Positions 61,589-64,000 of a stretch of DNA of 64,000 bases are shown in pieces. The DNA comes from a virus, in the IMG/VR virus record IMGVR_UViG_3300002052_000634, positions 36,618 to 100,617 of that record; one strand, 5' to 3'. The translations under genes were made by a program, and so were the position numbers. The notes beneath the pieces are model-generated. The model saw nothing but the letters and a program-made list of their open reading frames with translations, ran no database searches and was not told where the DNA came from. Each line of letters starts with the position of its first letter. Positions within the stretch are counted from its first letter, which is position 1.

Positions 61589-62518
61589 ATGCGTTTTTTA
61601 TATATCCAAGATACTCATATTCGAGGAATAAATCCATCCTCTAGAAAGGGAGATTATTATTCTGATATTATGAATAAAATATCTGAAGTTATTTCTTTTT
61701 CTAAGAGATTAAATGTAGATTGTGTAATACATGGGGGAGATTTATTTGATTCTGCTATAGTAAGTAATACTATAGTAGACGATTTTGTAGATAAAATAGA
61801 AGATGTGGGTATTCTTTGGTATATAGTACCTGGTAATCATGATATGGTTGCTCACAATTGGGAAGTTTCAAAAGCATCTAGTTTAGCTCATATTTTTAGA
61901 AGGTCAGATTTAATTAGAGAATTTACTTTATTAACGGATAAGTCAACTCATATTCAAGGTTTTAGATATTGGCACAATATAGAAGAAGATATAAAACAAG
62001 GAATGTTATGTAATGCAAATGTAGAAAAATATTCGTTTACTATAGCTATAGTTCATGCTTTAATTACTTTAAAATCGTTACCATATCAAGCTATGCACGT
62101 AGTAGCTAAAGATATTAAGACTAATTATGATGTAGTTTTAGTAGCCCATAATCATCAAGCATGGGGTATTAAAGATGTTAATGGAACGACATTTATTAAT
62201 ATGGGAAGTTTAGGTAGAAGGAAAATAGACGAAGCTGATGTAAAACCTTCCATTTTATATGTCGATACTGAAAAAAAAGAATTAAAAATTATCGAATTAA
62301 AATCGGCTAAACTAAAAGAAGAAGTGTTTGATTTGGATAGAATAGAACAAGCAAAAGATTTTAATGCTGATATAGAATTATTTATAAAATCGTTAAAGGA
62401 AACTAAAGTTTCAGGCTTAGACCTTCGTGGGATTATAGAACACATTGCCTCGCAACGAAATATCGACAGAATAATAATAAAAGAGGTTATAGAGAGGATA
62501 GGAAAATATGAATTTTAA
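61589..62518 (+). CDS. SbcD/Mre11 nuclease
   Basis: QDTH, GGDLFD, PGNHD, AHNH and N.GS..R motifs. Confidence 0.88.
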   Translation: MRFLYIQDTHIRGINPSSRKGDYYSDIMNKISEVISFSKRLNVDCVIHGGDLFDSAIVSNTIVDDFVDKIEDVGILWYIVPGNHDMVAHNWEVSKASSLAHIFRRSDLIREFTLLTDKSTHIQGFRYWHNIEEDIKQGMLCNANVEKYSFTIAIVHALITLKSLPYQAMHVVAKDIKTNYDVVLVAHNHQAWGIKDVNGTTFINMGSLGRRKIDEADVKPSILYVDTEKKELKIIELKSAKLKEEVFDLDRIEQAKDFNADIELFIKSLKETKVSGLDLRGIIEHIASQRNIDRIIIKEVIERIGKYEF

Positions 62519-62744
62519 AGACGAACTAAATAAAATTGAAGAACAAATTAATATATATAAAGAAGAAAAAATTCGATTAGAAGAACAGGGAAAACAACTT
62601 GAAAAAGAAAGGCAAGAAATTCTAGCACAGCTTAAAGAAGAAGATGTAACGGAAGATACAATACGAGATAAAATTCATGAATTAGAAATCGAACTTCAGG
62701 AAGGAATAGCGAAATGTCAGAATATACTGAAGTCGGACAGTTAA
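62508..62744 (+). CDS. Small acidic coiled-coil protein
   Basis: Heptad pattern; overlaps both neighbouring ORFs. Confidence 0.6.
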   Translation: MNFKDELNKIEEQINIYKEEKIRLEEQGKQLEKERQEILAQLKEEDVTEDTIRDKIHELEIELQEGIAKCQNILKSDS

Positions 62745-63328
62745 AAGAAAAACTCGACGAAATTAAATCTAGATTAGATTCTCAGCGAGGACAATTTTCT
62801 CTTTTAACTAGACAAATTAATATCCAAAAAAATAAATTAAATAATTTAGAATTAGATAGAGAAAAATATAAAAAAGTAATTGAACTATTAAATTTTGTTC
62901 AACAAGTTACTAAACAGAAAACCAAAGAAAGCTTTGAACGTTTAGTAACATATGCTTTACGATTTATATACTCTAAAGAATATAAATTTGAATTGGAATT
63001 TGGAAGAAGAGGTAATTTGTCTGAAATTAATTTCAATGTTAAAACTCCAGAATTTGCAGAAGCTTACGACCCTCTTGATTCTAGTGGCGGTGGAGTATTG
63101 GATATTTTATCATTGGCATTAAGAATTTGTCTTCTAGAATTAACAAGACCAAAAATAGAAGGGTTTTTAGTATTAGACGAACCTTTTAAACATCTAAGTT
63201 CAAATTATTTAGAAACTGCTATAAAATTTTTAGAAGCTATTACAAAAAAAATCGGAAGGCAGATAATTTTAATTACTCATAAACAAGAACTAATAAATAA
63301 CTCAGACTATAAAATAGAGATAAAATAA
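62714..63328 (+). CDS. SbcC/Rad50 C-terminal half
   Basis: Coiled coil, signature SSGGG, Walker B LVLDEP and H-loop ITH. Confidence 0.88.
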   Translation: MSEYTEVGQLKEKLDEIKSRLDSQRGQFSLLTRQINIQKNKLNNLELDREKYKKVIELLNFVQQVTKQKTKESFERLVTYALRFIYSKEYKFELEFGRRGNLSEINFNVKTPEFAEAYDPLDSSGGGVLDILSLALRICLLELTRPKIEGFLVLDEPFKHLSSNYLETAIKFLEAITKKIGRQIILITHKQELINNSDYKIEIK

Positions 63329-63490
63329 AGGTTATTTTGAATAAATATTATACTATTCAACAAGGATGCCAAAAATGTAATCATATTTGGTGGTTAATAT
63401 CCGACCAACCTATCGATTATTACTTATATATTACTTGGATAATTACAATTTCAACAGAGCATCAAATAATAAAACAGGAACGAGATAATA

Positions 63491-64000
63491 ATGAAAATGA
63501 TTCCATGTAAAAAATGTAAAGGACATGGAGTAAAATTTAATAAGTTTATGGAAGCTATTCCTTGTAAGAAATGTCAAGGAGTTGGCTATTTTTTAAAAGA
63601 TTTAGATATAAAAAATAAAAAATATGTAATAGCTGTGGATTTTGATGCTGTAATTTCTAGCTATAAACGACCCTGGAAACATGACGATATTGGAGAACCA
63701 ATTCCTGAAATTATAAATACAATGAGACATTATCATGATAAAGGATATTATATTTTAATTTTTACTGGTAGACATTCGACTCCAAAACTAACGAAGTGGC
63801 TTAAAAAATATAACATTCCTTATGATGGTTTTAATATAAATCCGAGACCCACTCCGTATGCTTCAAGATTTAAACCATATTACAATGTTATTATAGATGA
63901 TAAAGCGATTAATTTTGATTGGAAAAACAATAGGAAAACCGAAAAGCACTTAAAAGAAGAGATTGATAGAATTATAAAACTCACACAAGAAGAAAATTAA
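63491..64000 (+). CDS. Zn-finger + HAD-family phosphatase
   Basis: CKKC.G.G twice, then VDFDAVI, FTGR and KP...IIDDKA. Confidence 0.8.
   Translation: MKMIPCKKCKGHGVKFNKFMEAIPCKKCQGVGYFLKDLDIKNKKYVIAVDFDAVISSYKRPWKHDDIGEPIPEIINTMRHYHDKGYYILIFTGRHSTPKLTKWLKKYNIPYDGFNINPRPTPYASRFKPYYNVIIDDKAINFDWKNNRKTEKHLKEEIDRIIKLTQEEN

Noticed and set aside
608-62445. Many track ORFs antisense to the main genes (e.g. 608..814, 3644..3841, 14683..15105, 29713..30102, 45720..46244, 58506..58805)
   Set aside because: They are shadow frames of well-supported genes on the other strand, Phe/Leu/Ile/Ser-rich, with no RBS or motifs.
1-64000. Stop-codon recoding
   Set aside because: Long conserved genes are intact in code 11, and TAA, TAG and TGA all end genes.

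Overview
A 64-kb segment of a large, AT-rich tailed dsDNA phage that reads cleanly in the standard bacterial code. There are three parts. (1) A leftward block (1-10.7 kb) with the terminase pair, an RNA-end-processing cluster (CCA-adding enzyme, RlaP-like nucleotidyltransferase, phosphoesterase, deaminase) and two Mom-family DNA adenine-modification genes. (2) A 1.45-kb divergent non-coding hub. (3) A rightward block: first a promoter-dense, repeat-rich early region (12-29 kb), then recombination, nucleotide-metabolism, host-like auxiliary and replication genes (RuvB-like, Xer, KdsA, BT1 and PQ-loop transporters, ClpP, MgtC, Prim-Pol-helicase, two RecA paralogues, PolB, split SbcC with SbcD). 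The best candidate for a new system: each Mom gene lies next to a non-canonical CCA-ending RNA. One is a 70-nt tRNA-Gly(UCC) that keeps the GlyRS identity elements but lacks the D-loop GG and the T-loop TTC. It starts at the predicted +1 of a consensus promoter and sits 14 nt upstream of a mom gene split at an A9 tract. The other is a 63-nt anticodon-less mini-tRNA downstream of the second mom. I infer these are dedicated aminoacyl carriers for DNA hypermodification. A PVC-superphylum signature protein homologue plus kdsA point to a Gram-negative PVC host, possibly Omnitrophota. All calls come from motif reading by eye; no searches or folding programs were run.
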